64,000 nt of DNA from Camelus ferus (GCF_009834535.1 NC_045697.1:41356001-41420000), one strand, 5' to 3'; positions 1-13,359 are shown, counted from the stretch's first letter. The notes: a model not told the origin generated them from the letters alone. Translations and numbers: made by a program.

Positions 1-103
1 AAATGAGGCATGACCTTTTGCAAAATTTAAACTAAATTATTTCCCCTTGGAAGTCCCAAGATAAGCCTAGACCACTTTCTAATCTCCCACATAGCTGCTT
101 CAT

Positions 104-230
104 CATTCATTCAGCATATAGCTATTGAGTGTCTAATAATTTGCTGGGCTCAGGACTAGGCAATGCTGATAGAAAAATAAGCAAAAAAAAAGAGCACGGT
201 TCTTGCCTTCACTGAGTTTGCAGGCTAATG
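104..230 (-). mobile_element. L2 LINE 3' end fragment
   Basis: cattcattcagcatatagctattgagtgtcta...gcacggttcttgccttcactgagtttgcaggctaatg resembles the reverse-complemented L2 3' tail. Confidence 0.7.
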
Positions 231-614
231 AGTTTTAAGGGCCCAATATAGACTTGTTTCAAGTAACAATCTTTTACTGAAGGTAGAAAGATAAAGGAAA
301 GAGAGCAGTACATGGAAAATGACTTCTGTGCCAGCCCAGGCTGGCTTCCTGCCTCAGTCTCTCTTGGTCTGATTCCATTTGTGTAGGGGCAGCTTTTCTC
401 CCATCACTGGAATTATTCTGGACTGTTATGTGACTCAGAATCCAGGACAAACTCCAAAGACCTAGAGAGAGAATATTTTTCTGTGAACTCTTTTAAATCT
501 ACTTCCTTAAATCCTCATTTCTTGCCAGGGTTAATTAACCTCTTCACAGGAAACTTAGAAAAAAATAGAATTACAAGAGAGAGAATGATCAAAACTTTAA
601 AAATTAGAACAAAA

Positions 615-740
615 AGAAAGACTATGGAGGCAAGTTTCAGCCTTTTATAAGGAAGAATTTTCTAACAATTTTTGATGTTCAAAATGAAGGACGTCACCTC
701 GTGAAGTCCTTGGAAATGTAAACAGGCAGGATGACTTATT
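615..740 (+). mobile_element. CR1/L3 LINE fragment
   Basis: ggagggcaagtttcagccttttataaggaagaattttctaaca...cttggaaatgtaaacaggcaggatgac resembles the CR1/L3 3' region. Confidence 0.55.
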
Positions 741-1242
741 TTTTCAAGGCTGTGAAAACTCCTGTTTCATTGCTAACACTTGCTTCTTTGAACAATGAGA
801 GTGGGAATATTAAAGGTCCTGTAACATCTGGAAGGGAGAGGAGTATCAGGGGAGACATGTTTTCCCTTTATGTGTAAGATGCGTGTAGACAAAAGTGTAG
901 ACGTCAGGATTATCATGTGTGCCAGCAGATGGAACACTGGCCTGAGACTGCAGGAGCAGTGGTGAACCCCTTTGCCATGGGTCTTATATTCTCAGAAGAG
1001 ACTTGAGCAGATTCTTCACTGAGAGCAGATTTTACTCCAGCTTCCAAGGTGTTGGTGTCTGCTGGGAGGCCTGAAGACGTCTAGCACAGTCTGAGTTATC
1101 CCTTAGGCCACTGTCAAGGAGGCAGTGCTGGCTGTGTTGCCAGTCATAGAGTCTGACACACCAAATGTGGTGCCCTGTCACCACTTAGGTCTGGATCCTC
1201 CTGAAACACAACCGCCACCACTGCTACCATCAATCAATCACT

Positions 1243-1475
1243 GTGTTAGGTTGTGCTGGGTAACAAACTACTGTGAAATCCTAGTGGCTTAGACAACAAA
1301 ATTTACTTCTCACTTTACACTCCATGCCCACCATGGACTGACTGAAGTTCTGCTCAAGCCTCTCCCCCTGGAGCCATGCTGATGGTAGAGCCGGCACCTG
1401 AAACTTTGCCAGTTACCATGGCTGAGGGAAAGAGAATATGAAAATTGCTTACTGGCTCTTAAAATTATTTCTTGA
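1243..1475 (-). mobile_element. MaLR LTR fragment (MLT1J/K-like)
   Basis: ttaggttgtgctgggtaacaaac...aaatcctagtggcttagacaacaaaatttacttctcac, typical of the reversed 3' end of old MLT1. Confidence 0.65.
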
Positions 1476-2994
1476 AATAGGGTGTTGGGCCTCTGGGTTG
1501 TGATTAGGATGGCATTTTGATTATATTAGATCTGGGATCCAGAAATAACTGGATCTAGCCTCAGTGAAAAATTCCGATGAGCTAGATAGGACCCCACCAG
1601 GAACTCTTTACATAGGCCTGAGCATCTTAGGACTAAAAGGGGTTAAATGCCTGCTGTGCTTACTTCTCCACAGCGTGGGTCTGAATCCTATTCCTGTTAC
1701 TCCACATCTGCCAACAAGGGGCTGAGGGGAGCACAAGATAGAGGGGAAAAAACTAGAGAGCATTTGTCTCAGAACCTAGTTGGGGTAGGCATGGACTGCA
1801 TGTCCATCACCAAGCCGCATGGGGGAAGAAGCCAGAGACCTGGAGAGAGAGCCCAGAGCGGAGCCCACCTGTGGGAAGCATGTGGCGTGGGGGGTGGCAG
1901 GCTGGCTCAGGAAGGACCGGCCTGGGGGCACTCTGTCACTTCTCTTGGGAACTGAGGGAGAGGTAGAAGGGAGTACACACACATACACACGTTCTCTTGG
2001 TAAAATTTCAGAATCTCCCGTCCAGCAGGGTGGCCCATAAAACTGTCATCATAATCCATAGCAACCATCATGGTGGACACAGTACTGAAGAGAAAGTCAT
2101 GAGAAGATGGGGTTTCCTAACGTGGCTTCCTTCTGGGTGGGCTGGGAGTAAAGGGGGAGAGTGAGCAGGGCTTTAGTTCTGGGTTCTTTCCCGTTAGGCC
2201 TTATTGTCTGGCAAGAATGATCCTCAACTGAAGCATGTAGATGCATGTAGGGGACCAGTTAATCTATTTTTATTTCTTATTAGGAAGGTATGTCACTTTA
2301 ATGCTTAGACTTTGAAAAGCTCTTTGTAGGGTTGTGGTTTATGCTTTTCCTTATAATTTTATTCTGTATTTTTCAAGTATGTACAAGTATTCTTATTTTT
2401 TTCTTGAAGGCGAGAAGTGGTCTATTTTTTACCTGACACATAGAATGTGGCTAGGGACTGTGACTAGGTGTGAATGTCCTCTCCAGCTTCTAATTTGGGT
2501 CTCTAACCACTTCCTTTCCAGCTGGGATTCTTAAAAACAAAGAGCAAACAAAGTAATATAGTCCCAATGAGTAGGTTATTTCATTTTCTGCACATAGTGG
2601 TTTGTTAATGGCAAGCATATCTGTTTTTTCTTAATAGGAGAGAAGTTTGATTTAGACTTTTACGTATGAAATTGGTTCACAGAGTTTATTTCTGAGGATA
2701 TTTCTCAGAGTAAGAGTAGTAAGAATACGTTCACAGATTCTAGGCATGCAAATTACCCTGACAGTAGGTCCTGAGAAGGAATGATGAAGGTTGGGATCCT
2801 GTGACACCAGCAGGCAGAGCAGTGTAGGGCAAGCAGAGTTCTTAGGAAGCATTTATCATCAGGGGCTGTGGCCAACTCTCTCCCTTCTCCCCTTCTCTTC
2901 CCTAAGTAGGTACCTGATTTCCAAGCATCCTTTGTGGGCAGAATACTCTTCCCACTTCCCCTGGCCGAATAAAAATATCCCTTTACCCTTGTTA

Positions 2995-3175
2995 GCTTTG
3001 CAGTGTGTGGGCTTTGGAGCCAGACTTCACAAGTTCAGATTCTTGCACCGCCATGCACATGACCTTGGCAAGTCACTTAATTTCAGTATTTTTCCCTCTT
3101 GGGTGAGGATTAAATGAGATAATTAATGTAAAGTGCTTAAAGAAATGCTGGGAACTTTTTTGGCGCTCAGGAAAG
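2995..3175 (+). mobile_element. MIR SINE
   Basis: gggctttggagccagac...tgaccttggcaagtcacttaa...gtgaggattaaatgagataat MIR core. Confidence 0.85.
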
Positions 3176-4334
3176 GTATGTACTCTCTCTATATCTACAA
3201 TTACTATGGGAGTCAGCTTTCCCAAGGCGACTAGGTTTTGAAGCAATTTGGACACACTGTAAGATCGTATGTTTTGCCTTTTGGTTCAGGAAATATATCA
3301 CAATATCTGTTACTTCTGAAATGAAGGCACCTGAAAACCACAATTTAAAAAGGAATGTTACCCATGAGGGGTTTCAAAATAAGTTATTATCTGTCCAATT
3401 GATCTTAACCTCCTACTGGATCAACATACTTGCACAAAGACACAAGTTTAAAAAACCTCTCTCTATAGTCTCTACTTATTCTGGCTAGTTGCTCAGGATC
3501 CTCTTCTTTCTTGTATTTCTCTTTCCCCTTTCGTTGTTCCCACATTGGAGTTTGGGGTCCCTTTTACTTGGTCCAGGATTCTAGGATTTGACTGCCACTT
3601 TGAAATTTGCTTCTGGCTGCTTCAGATTTGATTACCTTCAAGACAGCTTTCTTGTCATTTTGGGCCTTAGTACCTCTGCCGTGTCCCAGCTCTTCTCATC
3701 CTTTTGGTTATAGGGTCTCCCTACTGATTGCAGGGGCAGACCTGGGCGTCCCTGAGTCAGAGCTGCTGGGAGACACTCTCCTGGGACGTGGACCTTGGTT
3801 TACCCATCCTGGCAGGAAGCAGCAGTGTCTGGGGTTTGTAACCCTGGTGGGCAGGCAGATTCTTAGTCTTCAGAACTGGGGTGGACTCAGGAGGATATAA
3901 CAAAACTCCATGGCAGTGACAAAAAAGGAGCTTCCCGAGGGACATGGTAGATCTTTCCCACCAGATACTTAGTGATCATCGACCAAGTGGGTGCCTCTGT
4001 CTGGCAGGGATGTGAGCCCCTCACTTTGGTTGTGCCACATCTCTCCTGCCCTGAGTTGCTGTTAGTGTGAAAGTAAACTTTGTCATGCACCTGCATTTAA
4101 GGAACTTGTATTTGTTTGTGTCCATTTTTCAACAATCACAGCACTGTCACCCTTGTGATCGTGGTACCCCATTCCAGTCTCTGGTCCACACAACTCAACT
4201 CATGCCTGGGAGATCCTTCAAGACCCTGAGAGGGAGCCAAGAATGCAGACATTCACAGGGACTGGTCTGCATCTTTCCTGACAGACAAAAACAAACAAGC
4301 AGTAGTTTTGAGGTCCTAGGGAATTTAGCTAGAC

Positions 4335-4452
4335 AGTGAGCTTTTGGAAGTCAGGGACTCTATCTTACTCATCTTCTCCCCCCGACCCCTCCAATACCTA
4401 GCACGATATCTGGTACATTGTAGTGTTGGAATTTCAGGAACTAAATTAATGA
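4335..4452 (+). mobile_element. L2 LINE 3' end fragment
   Basis: gtgagcttttggaagtcagggactctatcttactcatc...cctagcacgatatctggtacattgtag. Confidence 0.65.
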
Positions 4453-5040
4453 CACTTCTTACTTTCCTTCTTAAGTTGGGAACCAATTAAGAGATAGACA
4501 AAGGAGTCAGGCAGCTAGAAGTCAACAGGCTGCTGCTCAGATTAGAAAAAGGCATCTTCTTTTTCTTCCTTTGGACACAAGACTTAGAAGAAAACACCCA
4601 CTCCTGGAAGATGATTGTAAAGAGGGACTGCTTCTGTGTGGATGGGTTAAAAGAAAGGTGCTGGGAAGCTGGCTTGGTGTGCAGAATCTGGGCTGGATTT
4701 AGTCCCTGATTGTTCCCAGGGCCAGTGCCTTTGTGCATGTGCCTCTGGAGATCAAAGCAAGAGGATGCTTTATATTTTTGTTTTGTTTTTAACAATAAAA
4801 GTTGAATTAGTGCATATTGCATAGATATACCTTCACAATGGACTTTCTAATAATCTCTCATTAATTGAATGTATCATTTAAAATAGTAGGATTCTCCTTG
4901 TAAGAACAGAACCTGGCCCACTACACTTACCACACGATAGAGAATCAGCCAGGATCTGCCCTCCCTGCACTGGCAGATACGAAAACCTGAGGCTCAGAAG
5001 AGCCTCTGCCAAGTCTGCTTTTGAAACAAAACAGGGCTTT

Positions 5041-5659
5041 TGAAAACGAGCAGGACTCTGGTGGGACCTTCTTGGGGATAGACCCCTGGTGTCCCCCACC
5101 TCTTGTTTATAGAAAAACTCTGGCCTCCAAGGACTTCCCAAGTTCCAAAGGGCAAATTTAATCAGAGAAGTGGGAAAATGCACAAAAGCAAACCGTCAAG
5201 CAGGACAAAATAGTAATCGTTTAGCCATAAAACAAAGTCAAGGACCCTTAGTTCCTCCTCAAGGACTACAGATAATATCCTGAACCACATCCTTGCATTG
5301 TTTTGCAGATACTAAAACCCCTACCAGGTGGAAGAAGTTAACTGCATGCTGACCACCAGCATGTAGACCCCAGATAGATTAGAACTAGGAAGTTGGTGCC
5401 TGAGATTCCTGAAACATCACCCTATTGTCTCACTACCAACCAATCATAAAATTGAGCACAAGCTGATGACGCTCCCTGTGATCCTGTCCCTCACACGGCC
5501 TTTAAAAACCCTTCCTTCAGTCATCAGGAAGTTTGGGTCTCTTGAGCAGAAGCTTCCTGTTCTCCTTGCTTAGCCCTGCAATCAGTGCTGTACTTTCCTT
5601 CAGCACTGCCTGGTGTCAGCGGATTGGTAGTGAGAGGACCCAAGTTTGGTTCGGTAACA
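5041..5659 (+). mobile_element. ERV1-class solo LTR, 619 bp, 4-bp TSD CTTT
   Basis: TG...CA termini (tgaaaacgag...ggtaaca); CTTT on both sides (5037-5040 and 5660-5663); CCAAT and TATA-like (tttaaaaa) motifs; related to the LTR at 60182-60665. Confidence 0.9.
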
Positions 5660-6663
5660 CTTTCTCCCAAATATACTTCCTTTCTTTCCCTTGGACGGAA
5701 TGAGTGAGGGGTGGGCCAGGGGAAGGCCAGGGAAATTATCGTCGTGGAAGTTCTTACTCATGGAATCATGAATCCAGGAAAAAGGAGGTTTTTAGTGACA
5801 CAGTACTCAGCTAATATTTCCTGAATTAGTGAATAAATTTTAAGAAGAGTCCAATATGCAGTTTATTGTATACATGTAGTGAAGAAAGAACAATGGTAGA
5901 ATAGTTAGGAGGCAAGTTTCGTGGCTTAAATGAATGTTTTGTGACTTGCTGATATATCGGGAGTATGTAAACCATACGTGGCTTGTTATCTGGAGGTTTT
6001 GTTAAACTTTGACATTGGAGGTGGGGGATTGACTACTGATAAAGGAATAGAAAAAGGGCCTTTTGAAGGGCTTATCTGTTCAAAGAGTGAGCTGGAAAGT
6101 ACTCAAGATATGTTGATTTTGGTGGAGAAAGATTAATTGACTCATTTGGAAACCATTCAAATTTGACTAGAAGGAGAGGAGATAAGGAGTTAGAGCAATG
6201 ATTTCTTAACTTGGGTACATTTGAACCGACTTTATCTCTAGTGGATATAATGAGAGTTAACTTTTATTCCTTGGTAGGGAAAAAAAGATACACCCCATGA
6301 ATTCTCAAGTTACTGCTTCAGAAGGATGTTTTTCCTTTCTGGTATCAGCCAGAATGCTACACAAGAGAATGACAGAAGCAGTGAGAAGGCTTATTTTGGG
6401 CCCTTTTTGGGACTCTGTGTGTGTCTTATTTATTATGCATTTTTACATTAATTAGGATTAATTATTTCATATTTATACATTAATTAATTTATATTAGTTT
6501 ATCAACTTAGTCAAGGATTTTAAGGTTCTAAAACACATGAAACAAATGAATTTTGGTGGTGGAGAAAAGATCAGCTGTTGGGTTGGGAGTGGGTGACAGT
6601 GAGGTGAAGATGGGCACCCCGGAGACAGGGTGAGAGCAGTACCCACTTGGAGGTATCTGAGAC

Positions 6664-7178
6664 TGAATTAGTAATCTGTTGCCACACAAACAACTCCCTC
6701 AAGGTTTAGCAGCTTAAACAACGGTCATCATTTAGCCCATGGTTAAGCTGTGGGATCAGCTTGGTGGTTTTCCTTCCAGTCTTAGCTGGGCTTACTATGA
6801 GTCTGTGGTCACCTGCTGCTTCTAGATAAATTGGGGGGTCCGCTGGGGGGGTTGGCTGGTCTCAGGTGGCCTCCCTCACATGCGTGGTGGTTGGCTGGCT
6901 GTTAGGGTATCTTGGTCCTCCTCTATTGGCCTCTTGTTCTCTCACAGGTTACAACAGACCTGTGAAGTGTTGGTTCCAGGTTTCCAGGTGCAGCAAGGGA
7001 GCAAGCACAAGCACTTTTAAGCCTCTGCTCTGCATCAGGTTCGCTAATGTCTCACTTGGCAGGTCACGTGGCCAAACTCAATTCAAAGGGTGGAGAAATA
7101 GAATCTCTTTCTTGATGAGAGGATCTGCACTGCCACAGGGAAGGGAAAGATTTGATGCCGTTTTTACCATCTGCTATA
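6664..7178 (-). mobile_element. MaLR LTR (MLT1H-like)
   Basis: tgaattagtaatctgttgcc...gcagcttaaacaac...ggtggagaaatagaatc...ccatctgctata follows the reversed MLT1 layout. Confidence 0.75.
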
Positions 7179-8094
7179 GGACTCTAGGCTGCTGTGAAGG
7201 CTGCAGGCTGGGGAGAAGGGAAGAGAGGGGTGTGCAGAAGGGGACACGTCTACTTCAGAACTTTTCCTGGGGCTGCCCCTAACTTGGGCTGAGTGCCATT
7301 GTGCAGTGAAAAGAAATCTGGCAGACTCAGAAACTAAAGTTAATACCAGAAATTATTGGGAAAGGGAAAAGTAATAGAGGAAAGGAGCGTGGCTGATTAG
7401 AGGATACGTGTTGCAAACATATTTTTAAATGTTGCACAAGACAGCCTTAAATATTATTTCAACTCAGTCCAGTAATCTAGATCTGCTAATACCCTCCCTT
7501 TATCTGGATGGGGAACTGGGTTAGAGGATGTTATCCAAATCATAAAATTGTGTGCAAGGAGCTTGAGAAAACCAGGAATCATACTTATTAAAGCTGAAAC
7601 TAGGCATTGATGAAAAAGTGTCATTTCCTTTATTGTTGTGGAAAACTGGTGACAGTTGATATCTTACATTAGTTTCTTTTTTTTATCAGTTGTGTCAAGA
7701 GAACAAAAGGACAATGTATTTGGCCAATATTACTGAACTGTGTATATTGGAGCCTTAATGAGATGAATAATGATCTGAGCGGAGCCTCATTTCAGAAATG
7801 GGAGGAGGTGGGGAATGGTGTGAGGGAGCTGCTGCTCCTTCAGTGAGCTCGTCTACCAAGGGACTCAATTAAGACAGCAGGTGGAGCCACGGGAAGAACT
7901 TGGCTCACTTTCTTTTCTTCTGGGCCCGGTAGCCTCAGATCTTGCGGCCTCTCAGTCCCAGCTTCCTCTCAGTAAGTTGAGGATGTTATTATTTGAGCCT
8001 TAGACTATTGAGGAATCTGCCTTAAAATCAAGGCTTAGAGTTTACATCACCCAAAACTCCTCTACCTCTCTTGTCTTTGTGTTTGTTGATTTTT

Positions 8095-8245
8095 TTTTTT
8101 TTTATAATTGACATTTTTTAAAGAGTAGTTTTAGGTTCACAGCAAAATTGAGGGGAAGGTACAGAGACTTCTCATGTATCCCCTGCCCACATACATGTGT
8201 AGTCTTCCTCCAGTATCAACATGCCCCACCAGAGTGTACATTAGT
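8095..8245 (-). mobile_element. Old L1 3' end (L1MC-like)
   Basis: poly-T followed by gagtagttttaggttcacagcaaaattgagggg...ccccaccagagtgtacatt. Confidence 0.75.
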
Positions 8246-8294
8246 TCAATTTTTTAAAAAGCTTTATCTTGAAATAATTTAAGTTTCTGAGAGT

Positions 8295-8823
8295 TTTCTC
8301 CAGATATATGCCCAGGAGTGGTACTGCTGGATTATATGGCGAATCTATTTTTAGTTTTATGAAGAATCTCCATACTGTTTTCCATAGTGACTGCACCAAA
8401 CTACATTCCCACCGACAGTGTAGGAGGGTTCCCCTTTCTCCACAGCCTCTCCAGCATTTATCATTTGTGGACTTTTTAATGATGGCCATTCTGACTGGTG
8501 TGAGGTGATATATCTCATTGTAGTTTTGATCTGCATTTCTCTGATAATTAACGATATTGAGCATTTTTTTCATGTGCCTATTTGCCATTTCTTTGGAGAA
8601 ATGTCTGTTTAGGTCTTCTGCCTATTTTTTGATTGGGTTGTTTGTTTTTTGTTATTGAGTTACATGAGCTGTTTGTATATTGTGGAAGTTAAGCCTGTGT
8701 TAGCTGCATCATTTGCAAATATTTTCTTTGGTTCCGTAGGTTGTCTTTTTGTTTTGTTTATGGTTTCTTTTGCTGTGAAAAAGCTTATAAGTTTAATTAG
8801 GTCCCATTAGTTTATTTTTGCTC
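8295..8823 (-). mobile_element. Younger L1 ORF2 C-terminal fragment
   Basis: ORF 8241..8588 reads [44 protein letters not shown], the Cys-rich domain of L1 ORF2p. Confidence 0.95.
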
Positions 8824-9009
8824 TAGTTGATGTCAACTGACTTCCTTTATTCCACTTAACTACTTATTTCAGACTCTTGACATCTCTTTCTTAGATTTCT
8901 ACAGAAACCTCTTTAAATATTCTACTCCTTGCCTCCTACCTTTTATCCTTTTAATTTATCCTCTCTAGTATACCAAAGAATGTCTCTGGTGCACTATATT
9001 CTGCAGTAT

Positions 9010-9645
9010 TAGAAAGATATGGGTTTTGGAGCAGAACAAGCTCTGCCCTACAGTTATGTGTTTTCTCCAAGTGACTTCATTTCTTTCAGTTTCAGCATTT
9101 AAAAAAAATCTATAAAATGAAGATAATAATACCCGTACTTGTTTCTTATGTATAAAATGTGCTCAAGCATGATCATGGGTAATTATAACCAGTATACTAC
9201 TAATAGTGTTAAATTATGGACTGGGCATTGTACTAACTGCTTTATGTGCACTACCTCATTCATATTCATTTACCTTTGGATGGATTTTATTATCCCCATT
9301 TTCCAGATGATGAAATGAGGCACCATTTGCACAAAGTCACATAGCAAATAAAGTGGTGGGAATTCAAGCTTAACCACTTGGCCTCCTAAACACCTGCTCT
9401 AACCACACAACTACGGCTATTATTAGAGAGCGTGGAAAGTGAGAACACCGTGGAACTTAGCCCCAGTTTTTAGAGGCTAGATGAACTTGGATGAGTTTCT
9501 TAAAGTTTTTGAGAATCAGTTATTTTATCTGTGAAATGAGGATATAATACTTCTAACATGGTAAAGGGAAATAATGAGAATGGATTATATAAAGTAAATG
9601 GCATGTACTATCCCTCAATAAAGGGTATCTATGATTATCATTATT
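9010..9645. mobile_element. Cluster of three MIR fragments (+, -, +)
   Basis: MIR cores: ctataaaatgaagataataatacc (~9110), attatccccattttccagatgatgaaatgaggcac (~9290, reversed), tctgtgaaatgaggatataatac (~9530). Confidence 0.7.
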
Positions 9646-9664
9646 TCTAAATTAAGAATTCAGT

Positions 9665-10375
9665 TATTTATCTACACTGTTTAAAAGTCCTGTTGTTCTC
9701 GCTCAGTGTCATCAGGATAAAGCCCACTCTCTTTAGCATGGCCCACTGAGCCACGCATTAATGCCCCTCCCCTCATCTTCCACCCTGAGGTTTAATAATA
9801 ATCACTTGTAGTTCCCCAAACATGCATGCTTTCTTATAACTCTGCTTTTTTAAAAAAGAATTTTTTAAGGCTTTTTTGGGGGGACAGGTGGCAGGTAATT
9901 AGGTTTATCTGTTTTTTTTTTAAATGAAGGTACTGGGGATTGAACCTAGGACTTCTACGCATGATAAGCACATGTCCTACCACTGCGTTATACTCTCCCC
10001 CTATAACTCTGCTTTTTTTTAAAGGCTGCTTCCTTGGCCTGGAAAACCACCCCTCCTTCTCTGGTCTCCACCCCAACATTTTTAATTTTGGCTAACTCTT
10101 ATTCTTCACTGTTTGGATCTCCCCCTGCTTTTTTTTTTAAAAAAGCCATATTTGGTTAACATACCAACTTCCCCAATTATAATTGAATGATTTTTCTCAG
10201 ATGCCTTTGTAAGTGGGCATACATCCATTGACTCTTGTTCCACAGTTGTTTACTGGTCATTTTTCCTAGACTTGAGCTATCAGAGGGGTGAAGCCTGTGT
10301 CTTTCTTGTTGGTATTCCAAGACCTTAGCACGATGTAGGAGCTCAAGGAATGTCTGATGTGTGAGGATTAAATGC
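9665..10375 (+). mobile_element. L2 LINE fragment interrupted by a SINE
   Basis: caggataaagcccactctctttagcatggccc...ctagacttgagctatcagagggg...gtaggagctcaaggaatgtctg. Confidence 0.65.
9852..10001 (-). mobile_element. tRNA-derived SINE (camelid vic-1-like), 17-bp TSD
   Basis: Reverse strand has a degenerate A box (taacgcagtgg) and a B box (ggttcaatcc); TSD tataactctgctttttt at 9835-9851 and 10002-10018. Confidence 0.9.
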
Positions 10376-13359
10376 AGTAATCATAGATACAAAGCCTGGT
10401 TTGTGGCAGGTATTTAATAGTAAATATTTCCCAACATTTTAATGATTTTGTGTATTTATCACATAATATATTCTATTTTAATAATATTTATTTAATTATT
10501 TATCATATGAGGGTGATGTTTGTGGCTCAGCAGTCTGCACATTAGCCTTTGTTCCCTTGTACGCATTTCAGAACTTAAGCAACATGTTTAGTGAAGCCTC
10601 TCTGCTACAGTTTATTCTATATTCTTACTTTTTAGCTGAAGTAATTATAAAGTGATTCTGCAACTGCTTATTTTCCTCATTGTCCAGACACAGGGAGAGT
10701 CTCCAATTATTTGGATTTTTTTTTTTTTGAGCACACTCGCTAACCAAATGTAATGTCTTTTGTTGTTAACTAATCTAAAATAAGGGCATTTCCATTAAAT
10801 CAAACTAAAAAGAATCAGCAAGGATTACGCAAAATGACATAAAGAAACAAACATGACAAGCAACACAAAGAAGGCTGGAGATCCTTTTAGAAAGGTACCA
10901 TTTGCCAATCTGATCTGTCTTCTCTTTTGAGGAAGATTCAGTGCTGGGAGCCCCTGCTGGGGAGAAGGTGGAGGAGGGAGGGGGACTGACAGGGACACAA
11001 TTTAAATGTTTTGACAGCTTAGTCAAAGGGACTGAATTGCCACAGGCGTTTGCACATTTTAACCCCTGCTGTAACAGCCAGAATTCTTTTCTTGCATGAT
11101 CTAAATCCAAGAATTAGCTGTTTGGAAAACTGACCTGTCTTATGCCTGGCACAAAAAACGTAAAAAATATCAGGTAAGCAAGAAATTGAATACACTCAAG
11201 TCTCTGTTAGGTAGCAGTAATTTATTTTATTTTTATTTTCTTACTTTTATTTTTCATTAGATTGTTAATCCCAGACATAACCAAGAGTGCGAGAGCACTG
11301 TGCCTTGTTCTCTTGTGCCCCGTGTGTAAAATTTCAACAACACATTCTGGTAGGATGAACAGATTTAATGGTAAGAAATTAAAAAGTCCACTATGATTTA
11401 GCTCTAAAGTTGGCTGAGTGAGTTCTTTGCAATTTGTAGGTGCTTCAGTTCATTTCTTTTGTCAAAAAAAAAAAAAATGCTTGTTGGAAGAGGCAAGTCA
11501 GTCCACAGTTAACGTCTCATTTTTGGGAGAAGGTATGGTCTTTTAGGATACTGGGAACTTTCTGTCTCTCCCTCTCCCTCTTTTTCCTTTCTCTCTCCCT
11601 CTATCTCTCTCTCATCATGGCACGTAGCTAGAAATGGGGTAAGGAGTAGAAGAAAAGAGGAGTGTGGTATTTGGAACATTGACTTCATATAGCATTTCAT
11701 TCTACAAGCAGGATGTGTGTTGTTGGACTGACTATTGTTTGAAATGAAATCCAGTGGCACTAGGCTTTGGGTAGTGTTGTTAAATTTCAACTCACAATTC
11801 ACAATCACCAACCGCTGTGCTAGGCACAGGGGAAGATTTAAGAGCACTAAATGTCCATCTGCTCTGTGTCCCTGTAAAGGAACCAGGCAGGACTGTGCAA
11901 TTCAGCAAACAAAATGTCTGCTTAATAATTTATTAAGCTAATAAGAATTTCTGTGAATAAACAAGGCCAGCATGAAACCATTTAAAATGCATCCTCTTCT
12001 GGATTTAAATATTATACTCGTATTTTGGAATCCATTGTAAATTTTGGGAAGGTTTGATTTCTAATAAACTGCAGCATTTCCCCCTTCTCTTTCATTACAG
12101 TTTTTCTTTCTTGTGGCTTTTCATTTAGAATGACTTAAACTCCATGATTTACTTCCTCCTGACTTTGAAGTAGTAAAGAGAACTAACTGAAAATGCCGAG
12201 AATCTAGAGAATCAAGCCGTCCAGTGTTGAACAGAGAGTGCTTATTGCTCTGCTTGTTGGATTGGTGGTTCATGGGGTTAATTTGAACTTCTTGCCTCCT
12301 TCAGATTGTAAGACAACTATGTTCTAGCAGTGGTACTTGCCTCCAAATCGCTCTTTCCATTGTATTGGACTAAGTGGTTGCTCAGCCTTGAGAACAAATA
12401 AGCCTCCATAAGCACTTAGCTCCCTCCTGGGGAGAGACTTCCAGAAGGTTCATTCTGTGTCACAGCTAGGGACAACACTCAAATAATGGGCAAGAACAAC
12501 ACCAAAAATTTTTAAGGGGAGACTAATTAGCAAGAGGAACTTTGGCTGCAAGTTGTAGAATAGAGTTTTAGAGGTGGAAATAATAGTGGTAAAGGTTTTT
12601 ATCCCTCCACTTCATAACTTTCATAGTAAAATGCTCCAGCTTCAAAGCTGTCTCTGGCAAATTGAACTTGGGGTCAGGATGATGGTGATTGGCTGTTAAT
12701 GCCCATGACCACACATTCTGTCACTTTTATTTCTAAATGTTTGTTTTCTTCATCCTGTGCTAGAGTAGAAGGAAGTATCTGCAGACGAAGATTTCTGGAT
12801 AACTGTCAAGCTGTGTTCACTCACTTATTTATCCTTCATTTATACGGCCCGTCAGGCTTCTTTGGGACGCTCACTCTTTGTCAAGTACGGTATTAATCAA
12901 TACTTTGCCTTCAGCACCCTTTCTCGCTTTGTGAACTAAAGTGAGGTGCAGTGGGGTGAGCTGGTCAAGGGTGATGATGAAGGAAGAAAAGACATATTTT
13001 CAGGGACCAGTATGACATCTGGTGCAAGAAAATATTCTTAGTATGTTCTTCCAGAGATAATAGATAATAGAAATTGCTGAATAACATTTAGACATATCTA
13101 TGCTTTTGAGGGACAACTGTTGAGCCTCTGTTAATAATAAGTTCAATTTAAATATTTTGTTTGGGTTTCATTTCACTATACAATAATAGGTAAATTAATT
13201 TGTATTGTTTTTTAAAAGCAGTATATATGGACCAACCTTGGAATGTCTCAATTATTGTATGTACAAGATATTTTAACACTGATTAATCTCTCCCAGAGAT
13301 TGTCCCCCAACAATCTGTAGAATTTTCCATATTAACCAAAAAAAAAATTAGCCAAATGT

